Shown: one piece after another, positions 8,591-24,731 of the stretch
Numbering within the stretch: position 1 is the stretch's first letter
Layout of the letters: every line of letters begins with the position of its first letter
NCBI GenBank assembly: GCA_040901675.1
Contig: JBBDYJ010000031.1
Location: 57,220 to 121,219, forward strand
Length of the DNA: 64,000 bases
Direction: 5' to 3'
From: Pirellulales bacterium
GTDB lineage: Bacteria > Planctomycetota > Planctomycetia > Pirellulales > JAICIG01
Notes under the pieces: model-generated
What the model was told of the DNA's origin: nothing
Database searches by the model: none
What the model saw: the letters and a program-made list of their open reading frames with translations, nothing else
Translations under genes and position numbers: made by a program

Positions 8591-10555
8591 TCATGGGGCC
8601 GGTGGAGGGCTACTTGGCGGCTGACTCGCCTTGAACACCACGATGGCCAGCGGCGGCAGCGTGACATTGATCGACCAGGCTCGGCCGTGGCAGGGCAGCG
8701 GCGCTGCCTCGTGGCCCCCGAAATTGCCTTGCCCGCTGCCGCCGTACTCGCGGGCGTCGCTGTTGAGCAATTCGGCCCAATGACCACCGGCCGGCACGCC
8801 TATCCGGTAATTGTGGCGGGGCAGCGGAGTAAAGTTGGCGGCAACGGCCAACGTGCCGGCGGACGAATGGCTCTTGCGGGCGTAGCTGATCACGCTTTTT
8901 TGGGTATCGCAGCAGTCGATCCATTCGAAGCCGGCCGGGTCCGTGTCCAGTTCGAAACAGGCCGGCTCGCTCCGGTAAGCCCGGTTCAAGTCGGTCATCC
9001 ACAGCAACAGGCCCTGGTGCGGTGCCAGGTCCAAGAGGTTCCAGTCCAATTGGTCATCGTGATTCCACTCGCGGCGCTGGCCGAACTCACTCCCCATGAA
9101 CAGGCACTTCTTGCCGGGCAGCGTGAACATATAGCCCAGCAGCAGCCGCAGGTTGGCGAACTTTTGCCACTCGTCGCCGGGCATCTTGCCCCACAGCGAG
9201 CCTTTGCCGTGCACCACCTCGTCGTGCGACAGCGCGAGCACGAAGTTCTCGCTGTAGGCATACATCTGCCTGAAGGTCAGGCTGTTGTGCTCGTAGGTGC
9301 GGTAAATCGGGTCCTTCGACATGTACCGCAAGGTGTCGTGCATCCAGCCCATGTCCCACTTCAGCCCGAATCCCAGACCGCCGATATAGGTGGGCCGCGA
9401 GACCATCGGCCAGGCGGTCGATTCCTCGGCAATCGTCTGCACGTCCGGATACGTGCGGTAGATTTCCTGGTTCATCTGCCGCAGGAAACCGATGGCCTGC
9501 AGGTTCTCCCGCCCTCCGTGTTCGTTGGGGACCCATTGACCCGGGCCGCGCGAGTAGTCCAGGTAGAGCATCGAAGCAACGGCATCCACGCGCAATCCGT
9601 CGATGTGGTACTTGTCCAACCAGAACATGGCGCTGGAAAGCAGAAAACTGCGGACCTCGCTGCGCCCGTAGTTGAACACGAAGCTTTTCCAGTCGGGCTG
9701 GAACCCCTGCCGCTCGTCCGCGTGCTCGTACAAGTGGGTGCCGTCGAAATAACCCAGCGCGTGCCCGTCGGTTGGAAAGTGCGAAGGGACCCAGTCCAAG
9801 ATCACCCCGATCCCATTCTGGTGCAGCTCGTCGATCAGGTACATCAAATCCTGCGGCCTGCCGTAGCGGGCCGTGGGCGCAAAGTAACCGGTGGTCTGGT
9901 AGCCCCACGAACCGTAAAAGGGGTGCTCCGTCAGCGGCAGGAACTCGACGTGCGTAAAACCGGTGCCGAGCAGGTATTCCACCAGCGGCCGGGCCAGCTC
10001 GCGATACCCCAGCCAGCCCGCGTCGTCCCGCCGCCACGATCCCAGGTGCATCTCGTAGATCGAGATCGGGGCGCCCAGCGCATTGCGGCGCCGGCGCTGG
10101 GCCATCCACTCCAGGTCGTGCCAGTCGTAATCCAGCCGCTCGACGACGGAGGCCGTCTTGGGAGGCACTTCGCTATAAAATGCAAACGGATCCGACTTCT
10201 CGGTCTGATAGCCGTGGTAGCGGGAATGGATGCGGTACTTGTAGATGGCGCCCGGCGTCAGGCCTCCCACGAACCCCTGCCAAATGCCCGACGTCCCCCG
10301 CGGCGCCAGCGCGTGGCTCCCATGGCCGTACGCCTCCACCGACACCCGCTCGGCATTCGGAGCCCAAACCGCGAAGTGCGTGCCGTCGACGCCGTCGAGC
10401 CGGGCCGGATGCGCGCCCATCTTCTCATACAGCCGCGCATGGGTACCCTCGTTGAACAGGTGCAAATCGTCGGCGGTCAGCAGGCCCGAATCGCTGATCG
10501 GACGGGGCCCTGCCGTCGGGGCCGCGGAACGTGGCGCGTCCTGTTGCTGGTGCAT
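8591..10555 (-). CDS. glgB: 1,4-alpha-glucan branching enzyme
   Basis: YEKMGAH, FAVWAPNA, IYEMHLGSW, GLRVDAVASMLY, AEESTAW, LSHDEVVHGK. Confidence 0.97.
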   Translation of the reverse strand: MHQQQDAPRSAAPTAGPRPISDSGLLTADDLHLFNEGTHARLYEKMGAHPARLDGVDGTHFAVWAPNAERVSVEAYGHGSHALAPRGTSGIWQGFVGGLTPGAIYKYRIHSRYHGYQTEKSDPFAFYSEVPPKTASVVERLDYDWHDLEWMAQRRRRNALGAPISIYEMHLGSWRRDDAGWLGYRELARPLVEYLLGTGFTHVEFLPLTEHPFYGSWGYQTTGYFAPTARYGRPQDLMYLIDELHQNGIGVILDWVPSHFPTDGHALGYFDGTHLYEHADERQGFQPDWKSFVFNYGRSEVRSFLLSSAMFWLDKYHIDGLRVDAVASMLYLDYSRGPGQWVPNEHGGRENLQAIGFLRQMNQEIYRTYPDVQTIAEESTAWPMVSRPTYIGGLGFGLKWDMGWMHDTLRYMSKDPIYRTYEHNSLTFRQMYAYSENFVLALSHDEVVHGKGSLWGKMPGDEWQKFANLRLLLGYMFTLPGKKCLFMGSEFGQRREWNHDDQLDWNLLDLAPHQGLLLWMTDLNRAYRSEPACFELDTDPAGFEWIDCCDTQKSVISYARKSHSSAGTLAVAANFTPLPRHNYRIGVPAGGHWAELLNSDAREYGGSGQGNFGGHEAAPLPCHGRAWSINVTLPPLAIVVFKASQPPSSPPPAP

Positions 10556-10583
10556 GCTTGAGACCTCTTTCAATGTTTTCCGA

Positions 10584-13955
<3,372 letters not shown>

Positions 13956-13969
13956 AATCTGCGCTTTCG

Positions 13970-15952
13970 TTACATGAAGTATTCGAATTCCCGCTCCGTG
14001 CGGATCCAACGCCGCACCCGGAACACGTGGGCCGGCGCCGTCCGCGGATCCAGCTCCACGTAGTTCCGCGGACCCTGCCACAGGTAGCGGGCGTCGCCCA
14101 GCAGGTCGTGAACCTGGAACGGGCGGACCGGCTCGACCCCCAACCGCGCCAGGTCGATATCAACCCAGCCGGAATGCGTGTGGTGCGGGTCGAGGTTCAC
14201 CACCACCAGAATCACGTTCGACCCTTCCTGCTTGCTGTACGCGATGAGCTGCTCGTTGGTCGTCTGGTGAAACTCGAGGCTGTCGTCGCTCTGCAGGGCC
14301 GGGTTCTCCCGCCGGATGCGGTTCACGCGCCCGATCAATTCCGCGACGCTGTCCGGCCGGGCCAGGTCCCAATGCCGCACCTCGTATTTCTCGGAGTGCA
14401 GGTACTCCTCGCTGCCCGGCTCGCGGGCGCGTCCCTCGCAAAGCTCGAACGCCGGGCCATAGATCCCGTAGTTGGCGCTCAGTGTGGCGGCCAGCACCAG
14501 CCGCGCCATGAAGGCCGGCCGGCCCCCAGTCTGGAGAGGCTCCGGCAGAATGTCGGGCGTGTTCGGCCAGACGTTCGGACGAAACACCTCGCGGATCTGC
14601 GTGCGGGTCAATTCCGAAAAGTACTGGGTCAGCTCCCACTTCGTATTGCGCCAGGTGAAATACGTATACGACTGGGTAAAGCCCAGCTTGGCCAGTTCGT
14701 ACATCACGTGCGGGCGGGTGAAGGCCTCGGACAGGAAAATCACGTCCGGGTGCTCGCCCTTGACCTCGCCGATCAGCCACTCCCAGAAGGCGAACGGCTT
14801 GGTGTGCGGGTTGTCCACCCGGAAGATGCGCACGCCCTGGTCGATCCAGAACATGACGATGCTCTTCAACTCGTCCCACAGGGCCCGCCAGTCCTCCGTC
14901 TCGAAGTCGAAGGGATAAATGTCCTGGTACTTCTTCGGCGGATTCTCCGCGTACTGGATCGAGCCGTCAGGCCGCGCCCGGAACCACTGCGGATGCTCCT
15001 TGACGTACGGATGGTCCGGGGAGCATTGAAACGCAATGTCCAGCGCCACCTCGATCCCATATCCCTCGGCCTCCCGCACCAGGGCCCGCAGGTCGTCCAG
15101 CGTGCCCAATTGCGGATGGACCACCTTGTGTCCGCCTTCGGCCGATCCGATGGCCCAGGGACTGCCCGTGTCGCCCGGCTCGGCCTGCGGCGCGTTGTTT
15201 CTTCCCTTGCGGTGGGTTGTGCCGATGGGATGGACGGGGGGCAGATACAAGACATCGAACCCCATCGACGCCACGTAGGGCAGCCGCCGCGCGCAATCGG
15301 CCAAAGTGCCGTGCACACCCGGTTCTGCCGACGAGGACCGCGGGAATAGTTCATACCAGGCACTGAAGCGGGCCTTGGGCCGGTCCACCACGACCGCCAG
15401 CTCCCGAGCACAACTGCTCGCCAGGCTGCGGTCGGGATAGCGGTCCATTAACTCGAGCAGACCGGGATCCAGCGCGGTCTCGACCCGCACCGCCAGGCCG
15501 TGGTCTCCGCGCAGCACGTCGGCCATCTCATGGAGTCGCGCCGCGTCGCTGCGCGATGCCCGGCTTGCCGCCTGGCGGACCAGTTCCGACCCGACCCAAA
15601 GGTCGACGGCCTGAACCGAGGAGGCCTGGTGCCGTTTCTCCAAGTCGTGCCGCCAGGTGTGAAAGCGGTCTACCCAGGCCTGGACCGTGTATCGGTATCG
15701 CCCCAGCTCGCTGACCGTGAACCGCCCGCGCCAGCGGTCCTGCCCGCGCGGCTCCATCGGGCTCTCGAGCCAGTCGCCGGCGTCCTCGCGGCGGTAGCGC
15801 AGCACCGATCGAACCTGGTCGTGGCCGTCGGTGAAGGCCGCTGCTTCCACCACCACCTGCTCGCCGATGGCGCGTTTGATCGGATAGCGGCCGCAGTCGA
15901 TTTCGGGTTTCAGGCCGTCGATCACCACGCGGCTGCGGCCGTCGAACTGCAT
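13970..15952 (-). CDS. glgE: Alpha-1,4-glucan:maltose-1-phosphate maltosyltransferase
   Basis: WYELFPRS, LYLPPVHPIG, YAENPPKKYQDIYP, FRVDNPHTKP, FLSEAFTRP, WPNTPDIL. Confidence 0.97.
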   Translation of the reverse strand: MQFDGRSRVVIDGLKPEIDCGRYPIKRAIGEQVVVEAAAFTDGHDQVRSVLRYRREDAGDWLESPMEPRGQDRWRGRFTVSELGRYRYTVQAWVDRFHTWRHDLEKRHQASSVQAVDLWVGSELVRQAASRASRSDAARLHEMADVLRGDHGLAVRVETALDPGLLELMDRYPDRSLASSCARELAVVVDRPKARFSAWYELFPRSSSAEPGVHGTLADCARRLPYVASMGFDVLYLPPVHPIGTTHRKGRNNAPQAEPGDTGSPWAIGSAEGGHKVVHPQLGTLDDLRALVREAEGYGIEVALDIAFQCSPDHPYVKEHPQWFRARPDGSIQYAENPPKKYQDIYPFDFETEDWRALWDELKSIVMFWIDQGVRIFRVDNPHTKPFAFWEWLIGEVKGEHPDVIFLSEAFTRPHVMYELAKLGFTQSYTYFTWRNTKWELTQYFSELTRTQIREVFRPNVWPNTPDILPEPLQTGGRPAFMARLVLAATLSANYGIYGPAFELCEGRAREPGSEEYLHSEKYEVRHWDLARPDSVAELIGRVNRIRRENPALQSDDSLEFHQTTNEQLIAYSKQEGSNVILVVVNLDPHHTHSGWVDIDLARLGVEPVRPFQVHDLLGDARYLWQGPRNYVELDPRTAPAHVFRVRRWIRTEREFEYFM

Positions 15953-16012
15953 CTGGCCAGTCCTTCGTCGTGCCGGCCGAAGCAGGCAGGTGGATCGTCG
16001 CCTCGCCCGGTG

Positions 16013-16054
16013 GTCAATACAACAAAGTCAATACAACAAAGTCAATACAACAAA
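16013..16054. repeat. Three perfect tandem copies of 14-mer GTCAATACAACAAA
   Basis: Copies at 16013-16026, 16027-16040 and 16041-16054. Confidence 0.95.
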
Positions 16055-16090
16055 AAAGCCCCGCGGGCTCTCGACGAGCCAAGGGGCTTC
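16052..16090 (-). terminator. Intrinsic terminator within the glgE 5' leader
   Basis: Minus strand reads AAGCCCC-TT-GGCTC-GTCGA-GAGCC-CGC-GGGGCTT followed by a T tract. Confidence 0.85.
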
Positions 16091-16153
16091 CGTAGCCACG
16101 TACCCAAATTTTGCGCAGTGGATATCGGTGCCCAACAGCACCGTCTCCCACTG

Positions 16154-16182
16154 ATTCTAGGCCGCCGGGCCGCGGGCGTCAA
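16154..16182 (-). promoter_or_regulatory. Sigma70 promoter of the glgE-treS-glgB operon
   Basis: TTGACG-N17-TAGAAT on the minus strand. Confidence 0.8.
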
Positions 16183-16191
16183 CGCAACGGT

Positions 16192-16220
16192 TTGACGTGC
16201 CGTTGGCCTTGTTATAGCCT
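16192..16220 (+). promoter_or_regulatory. Sigma70 promoter of treZ (near-leaderless)
   Basis: TTGACG-N17-TAGCCT, 8 nt before ATG 16229. Confidence 0.6.
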
Positions 16221-16228
16221 ACAGTACC

Positions 16229-18055
16229 ATGTTTTCCATATGGGCCCCCAAGGCAAGCCGCGTCGAGCTCGACCTCGATGGACGCCGCGTGCCGATGGAA
16301 AAACAAGAACACAACTGGTGGCTCACCGATGAGCAGCGGCCTGGCGGCACGGATTACGCCTTCCGGCTCGATGGCGGAGAACCGCTGCCCGATCCCCGCT
16401 CGCCGTGGCAGCCCGCGGGCGTGCTGGCCCCGTCACGCACCGTCGACCACTCGACGTTCGAATGGACCGACCAGCGCTGGCAGGCACCGCCTTTGCCCAG
16501 CGCGGTGGTGTACGAGCTGCACGTCGGCACGTTCACCCCGCAAGGAACTTTCGAGGCGGCCATCGAAAAGCTCGATCACCTGGCCGATCTCGGCGTCACG
16601 CACGTCGAGTTGATGCCGGTCAACGAGTTTGGCGGGAATCACGGTTGGGGTTACGACGGAGTGGATCTGTTTGCCCCGCACCACGCCTACGGTGGACCGG
16701 AAGGCTTGAAGCGGCTGGTCGACGCCTGTCATGCCCGCGGCCTGGCCGTGATCCTGGACGTGGTCTACAACCATCTGGGACCGGTGGGCAATTTCCTGCA
16801 CCAGTACGGGCCGTACTTCTCCGAGCGGCATCACACGCCTTGGGGTTGGGCGGTGAATTTTGACGGGCCGGGCAGTTACGAGGTCCGCCGCTTCGTCAGC
16901 GACAACGCCTTGATGTGGCTGCGGGATTACCACTTCGACGGCCTGCGCCTGGACGCCATCCACGCCATCGTCGACACGTCGGCCGTGCACATTCTGGAAC
17001 AGATTGCCACCGAAGTGGCCGAGCTGTCGGCGCATCTCGGCCGGCACCTGGCGCTGATCGCCGAGAGCGATTTGAACGATCCCCGGGTGGTGCGCAACTG
17101 GGAGATCGGCGGCTACGGGTTCGATGCCCAATGGAGCGACGATTTCCATCACGCGCTGCACGCGGCGCTGACCGGCGAGCGCGAGGGATACTACGCGGAC
17201 TTCGGCCAACTGGCCGACCTGGCGCTGGCCTTGGAACAGCACTTTGTGTACGCGGGCCGTTACTCCGAGTATCGGCAGCGGCAGCACGGCCGGCCCACGA
17301 TCGACTTATCCGGACATCGCTTCCTGGGGTACTTGCAGAATCACGACCAGCTCGGCAACCGGGCCCGGGGCGACCGCAGCGGCCACTTGATGAGCACGGG
17401 CCGGCTCAAGATCGCCGCCGCCCTGGTACTTTGCTCGCCATTCGTACCGATGTTGTTTGAGGGCGAAGAATGGGGAGCCACCACGCCATTTCAGTATTTC
17501 ACCAGCTTCGACGACCTGGAATTGGCCCGCTCGGTCCGCGAAGGGCGCCGCCGCGAGTTTGCCGCCTTTGGCTGGAACCCCGAGCAGATTCCCGATCCGC
17601 AGGACCCAGAGACGTTCCAGCGATCGAAGCTGAAATGGAACGAGTTGGCTGGCGAGCCGCACTGCGGGTTGCTCGAGTGGCATCGCAAGCTGATCGAGCT
17701 CCGCCGCCGGGAATCGAGCTTGACCGATGGACGATTGGACTGGGTCCGCACGCTGTTCAGCGAAGACGACCGCTGGTTTGTGCTCCAGCGCGGACCGATC
17801 ACGGTAGCCTGCAACCTGGCCGATCGGCCCCAGGTGGTTCCCCTGCCTGCCGAAAGTCCGGATCAACTGTTGATGGCCTCCGAAGCCGGGATTGACTCTG
17901 TCGCCGGCGGACTGAAGCTGCCGGGCGACGCGGTGGCAATCGTCGGCCCCGCAGAGAGCAAGCTGCCGCCTTCGGGCGCGCCGCCGCGCAACGTATCATC
18001 CACGGACTTTCTGCGGCGAAAGACGCTCCCGCGCAGCGGGACCACGTCCCGTTGA
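16229..18055 (+). CDS. treZ: Malto-oligosyltrehalose trehalohydrolase
   Basis: PDPRSPWQP, YELHVGTF, WGYDGV, DVVYNHLG, GLRLDAIHAI, WSDDFHH, QNHDQ.GNRA. Confidence 0.95.
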   Translation: MFSIWAPKASRVELDLDGRRVPMEKQEHNWWLTDEQRPGGTDYAFRLDGGEPLPDPRSPWQPAGVLAPSRTVDHSTFEWTDQRWQAPPLPSAVVYELHVGTFTPQGTFEAAIEKLDHLADLGVTHVELMPVNEFGGNHGWGYDGVDLFAPHHAYGGPEGLKRLVDACHARGLAVILDVVYNHLGPVGNFLHQYGPYFSERHHTPWGWAVNFDGPGSYEVRRFVSDNALMWLRDYHFDGLRLDAIHAIVDTSAVHILEQIATEVAELSAHLGRHLALIAESDLNDPRVVRNWEIGGYGFDAQWSDDFHHALHAALTGEREGYYADFGQLADLALALEQHFVYAGRYSEYRQRQHGRPTIDLSGHRFLGYLQNHDQLGNRARGDRSGHLMSTGRLKIAAALVLCSPFVPMLFEGEEWGATTPFQYFTSFDDLELARSVREGRRREFAAFGWNPEQIPDPQDPETFQRSKLKWNELAGEPHCGLLEWHRKLIELRRRESSLTDGRLDWVRTLFSEDDRWFVLQRGPITVACNLADRPQVVPLPAESPDQLLMASEAGIDSVAGGLKLPGDAVAIVGPAESKLPPSGAPPRNVSSTDFLRRKTLPRSGTTSR

Positions 18056-18105
18056 TGGACCGACTCTTTGGGGATCGTTCTCCGGAATAAGGTTCTGCCG
18101 ATCCG

Positions 18106-19779
18106 CTACGATTTGGCTTGGCTCGGAAGCGATCCATCTGGCAGCCTGCCGCCGCGGAGCTCGACCGCCAACGGTTCCTCGAAGCTGCGGTGAAAAACCG
18201 TATGGTGAGGAAACGGGATCTCGATTCCCAGCTCGTCGAACCGCTGCTTGATGCGGCGCAGTAGCTCGCGCTTGATGGCCCATTGACGGAGCGGTCGCGT
18301 CTTTACAAGAAACCTGACCACGATCGCCGAATCGCCGAACGCCTCCACGCCCAGCATCTCAGGCTCGTCCACAATCCAATGCCCGAAATCGGGGTCCCCT
18401 CGCATTTCCCGGGCAAGGGCCATCAGCACTTCCATCACCCGCTCCAGATCCTCCTTGTACGCCACGCCAATATCGAAGACGGCCCGCGACCAGCCATACG
18501 TCAGGTTGCTCACCATGGTCACCTGGCCGTGAGGGATGAAATGGGCCGTGCCTTCCAGGTCGCGCAGCATGGTCATGCGCAAGGTGATGTCCTCCACCAA
18601 TCCAGTCACGTCGCCGATCTTGACCACATTGCCCACGCTGTACTGGTTCTCGAACAGGATCATGAAGCCATGAAAATAGTCGCGGATCAGGGTCTGCGCC
18701 CCGAAGGCAATCGCCATCCCCAGAACCGCCGCCCCACCGACCAGAACCGTCACATCGATGCCGAACTGCTCCAGCAGTGCCAGCACGCCGGCCGCCAGGA
18801 TGGCTACTCCCGTCAAGCTTTGAAAAGCGCGCCGTAACGTGTCGGCCCGTTTTTCGCGTTCTTCCTTGGTGCCCCGCCCGCCCCGCCGGACCAGGCCCAT
18901 CACGATCCGGCTGGCGACAATCCGCGCCAGCATCCCAAGCACGAACATCACCGACAGGATCACCAGCACCATCGGCCCTTTGTTCAGCAGCCAGCGGACG
19001 ATCTTGTGAGGCGCCAGCGGACTCTCCAGGAACTCCACCCGGTTACGAGCCGAGTTCGTGCTCGCTTCGGCCTCCCGCAGCCGGTCGAGCGCCTCGCGCC
19101 GGTCGGCCTGCAACTGCTCGAGATCCGTTTCCGCGGCTTTCGCCTGTTCGGCGTACTCCGACGTCTCCTCCCGCGCCTGGTCGAGCTGCCGCCGCGATTC
19201 TTCCGTTCGCTCGCGCAGCTCTTCGAGCTCGGCCGCCGGAGCACCAGCTTCCGTGCGCGTTTCCACCTGCTGGCGCAGCGCTTGGTAGGCTTGCTCCGCG
19301 CTTTCCGCTTGCTGGGCGGCCGCCGCCTGCCGTCGTTTTGCCTCTTCCAACTCTTGTGTATGCGACTCGATCTCGTGGTTCCGATGCCGCAGCGCCCGGT
19401 CGGCGGCTTGGAACGATTGCTCCTCTCTGAGCAGCGCCCGGCGGGCCTCGTCCACGTGCTCGTCGTACCGTTCCTCGGCCCATCGAAGTTCCCGCGTTGT
19501 TTCCGGTTCGGCGGATTCTTGAAGCGCGGGCTCGCCGGCCGCGGGAACAGCGTCGATCAAAGACCCGTCCGTTTGGCGGCTGTTCTCCTGCGCCCTGGCG
19601 GGCGCCGCTGCAAGAGCCGCGGCGAAGCACATCGCGCACCCAATGGCAAGCCAGTACGCCCGAGAAGTCGAGCGCGGGCCTCGCCTGGCGTGAACGCCCC
19701 GTTTGACTGCACCCATCAGTGCCCTGCCACGGGTCTCTCCGGCGTCATGCCGGCTGAAGCCTCGCGCCTGGTCGCTCAT
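18106..19779 (-). CDS. MscS-family mechanosensitive channel with long N-terminal periplasmic coiled coil
   Basis: AFGAQTLIRD, ENQYSVG, GLVEDITLR, GIEIPFP; GGAGG SD before ATG 19779; signal peptide plus E/Q/A/R-rich coiled coil. Confidence 0.92.
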   Translation of the reverse strand: MSDQARGFSRHDAGETRGRALMGAVKRGVHARRGPRSTSRAYWLAIGCAMCFAAALAAAPARAQENSRQTDGSLIDAVPAAGEPALQESAEPETTRELRWAEERYDEHVDEARRALLREEQSFQAADRALRHRNHEIESHTQELEEAKRRQAAAAQQAESAEQAYQALRQQVETRTEAGAPAAELEELRERTEESRRQLDQAREETSEYAEQAKAAETDLEQLQADRREALDRLREAEASTNSARNRVEFLESPLAPHKIVRWLLNKGPMVLVILSVMFVLGMLARIVASRIVMGLVRRGGRGTKEEREKRADTLRRAFQSLTGVAILAAGVLALLEQFGIDVTVLVGGAAVLGMAIAFGAQTLIRDYFHGFMILFENQYSVGNVVKIGDVTGLVEDITLRMTMLRDLEGTAHFIPHGQVTMVSNLTYGWSRAVFDIGVAYKEDLERVMEVLMALAREMRGDPDFGHWIVDEPEMLGVEAFGDSAIVVRFLVKTRPLRQWAIKRELLRRIKQRFDELGIEIPFPHHTVFHRSFEEPLAVELRGGRLPDGSLPSQAKS

Positions 19780-19896
19780 GCTGGCACCTCCTGCCTTGGC
19801 CTTGAAACGCGGCCGTAGCCGCGACGGATCCCACGCATGGGACGGGTGGGGAATCGTCGTAGTCTGCGGCCCTGGTCTTTCCACCTGGAACTGCCG

Positions 19897-23484
<3,588 letters not shown>

Positions 23485-23556
23485 GCTTGGTCGCTCAATC
23501 CTTGGCGAAACGAATCCTTGCGGCTGAAAGGCCCTGACCTCCCGCTCGCCCCGCTC

Positions 23557-24231
23557 CTAATCTTCCTTCGGCTCGCCGATCGATCGCAGATAGCCGGCCA
23601 ACAGCGCTTGCAGATCGAGCAGGTTCTGCCAGCGGCGCTCGTCCAAGGTCACGCGCTTCCCCTCGCCGTTGGTGCGCACCGACGAGAGCAAGTCGCGCAG
23701 GCGGATGTGCAAGTACTCCAGCACCTCCGACATCTGGGCCGCCTGGCCAGGGCTCAGCCGCTCCGGCAGCTCGGGCGGCGCCAAGGCGTGATAGCTGGTC
23801 TCGATGTCGGGATTCTCGCTCCAGTTGAGTTCGAAATCAAGGCTGGCGGCCTGCGGCGACGCGGCGGCGTTCTCATGGCTGACGGTGCCGGTGCCCTTGG
23901 GCTCGCCCCGCAGCCCGGCCAGCCGCTCGGCGATTTCTTCACGCGAGCCGAACAACAGCACGCTGCGCCCGACGCCGATCATGTCGCCCACGCGGAGGAT
24001 GCGCAGTTGCACGTCCTCGCCGTTCACCTTGGTGCCGTTGGTGCTCTCCAGGTCGGTCAGCACCAGCTTGTCCTGGTCTTCCTGGATCTTCAGATGAAAC
24101 CGGCTGACGCGCTCGTCGTTGAGCTGGACGACGTTGCCCTCCTCGCGCCCAATCGTGATCGGCGTCTCGAGGCTTTCGAATACCTTCCCTCGGTCTGCTC
24201 CGTCGAGAACCCGCAATGTGATCGAGCCCAT
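23557..24231 (-). CDS. FHA domain protein
   Basis: TIGREE, VSRFH and DLESTNGTKVNG FHA motifs; start may be 24246. Confidence 0.9.
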   Translation of the reverse strand: MGSITLRVLDGADRGKVFESLETPITIGREEGNVVQLNDERVSRFHLKIQEDQDKLVLTDLESTNGTKVNGEDVQLRILRVGDMIGVGRSVLLFGSREEIAERLAGLRGEPKGTGTVSHENAAASPQAASLDFELNWSENPDIETSYHALAPPELPERLSPGQAAQMSEVLEYLHIRLRDLLSSVRTNGEGKRVTLDERRWQNLLDLQALLAGYLRSIGEPKED

Positions 24232-24344
24232 TGGCCGTTGACTCAACAGCGTCCGAAAAAGTGCCTGACAAACGCGTACTCAAACCCGAGCCGGTGGCAC
24301 CGCTTATAACACGCTGCCAGCGCGGGAACAAGGCGACCACGAAC

Positions 24345-24373
24345 TTGAACAACCGGGCGGGAAACCGTATGCT
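24345..24373 (+). promoter_or_regulatory. Sigma70 promoter of tRNA-Arg
   Basis: TTGAAC-N17-TATGCT. Confidence 0.65.
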
Positions 24374-24386
24374 GACCTTTCTGCAA

Positions 24387-24460
24387 GCGCCCGTGGCGCA
24401 ACTGGACAGCGCATCGGTCTTCGGAACCGAGGGTTGCAGGTTCGAATCCTGCCGGGCGTA
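24387..24460 (+). tRNA. tRNA-Arg (anticodon UCG); CCA not encoded
   Basis: Acceptor GCGCCCG/CGGGCGT, anticodon arm TCGGT-CT TCG GA-ACCGA, T-arm GCAGG-TTCGAAT-CCTGC. Confidence 0.95.
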
Positions 24461-24553
24461 CTACTTCTCCTCTATTCCGCCGGCCGCCGCACAACTCCAC
24501 GCTGGCATTATACCGAACCGGCCGGGCAGCGTCATCGAAGGCCGCCGATCGAG

Positions 24554-24620
24554 GTAGCAGAACTCGCCAGAGTTCTGGAGGCATGCTCCAACGGCCCGAA
24601 TTCTGGCGCTCTCCGGCTAC
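24554..24620. repeat. Degenerate GTAG-type REP doublet
   Basis: GTAGCAGAACTCGCCAGAGTTC ... GAATTCTGGCGCTCTCCGGCTAC in inverted orientation. Confidence 0.6.
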
Positions 24621-24731
24621 GTTCTGGCGACATGCGAACCCTCTTTTCTCTATGGGCCCGGCGCCTTCTCTGTTAAGCTGAAAAGCCTGCCCGCTGCGCT
24701 TGCCGCGCCCGCCCTACCGCAAGGACCGTCC

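Noticed and set aside
16013..16054. Possible CRISPR array, or yybP-ykoY riboswitch (GUCAAUAC resemblance)
   Set aside because: No spacers; the motif is on the strand opposite glgE and the GGGGAGUAG...GAGAC core is absent.
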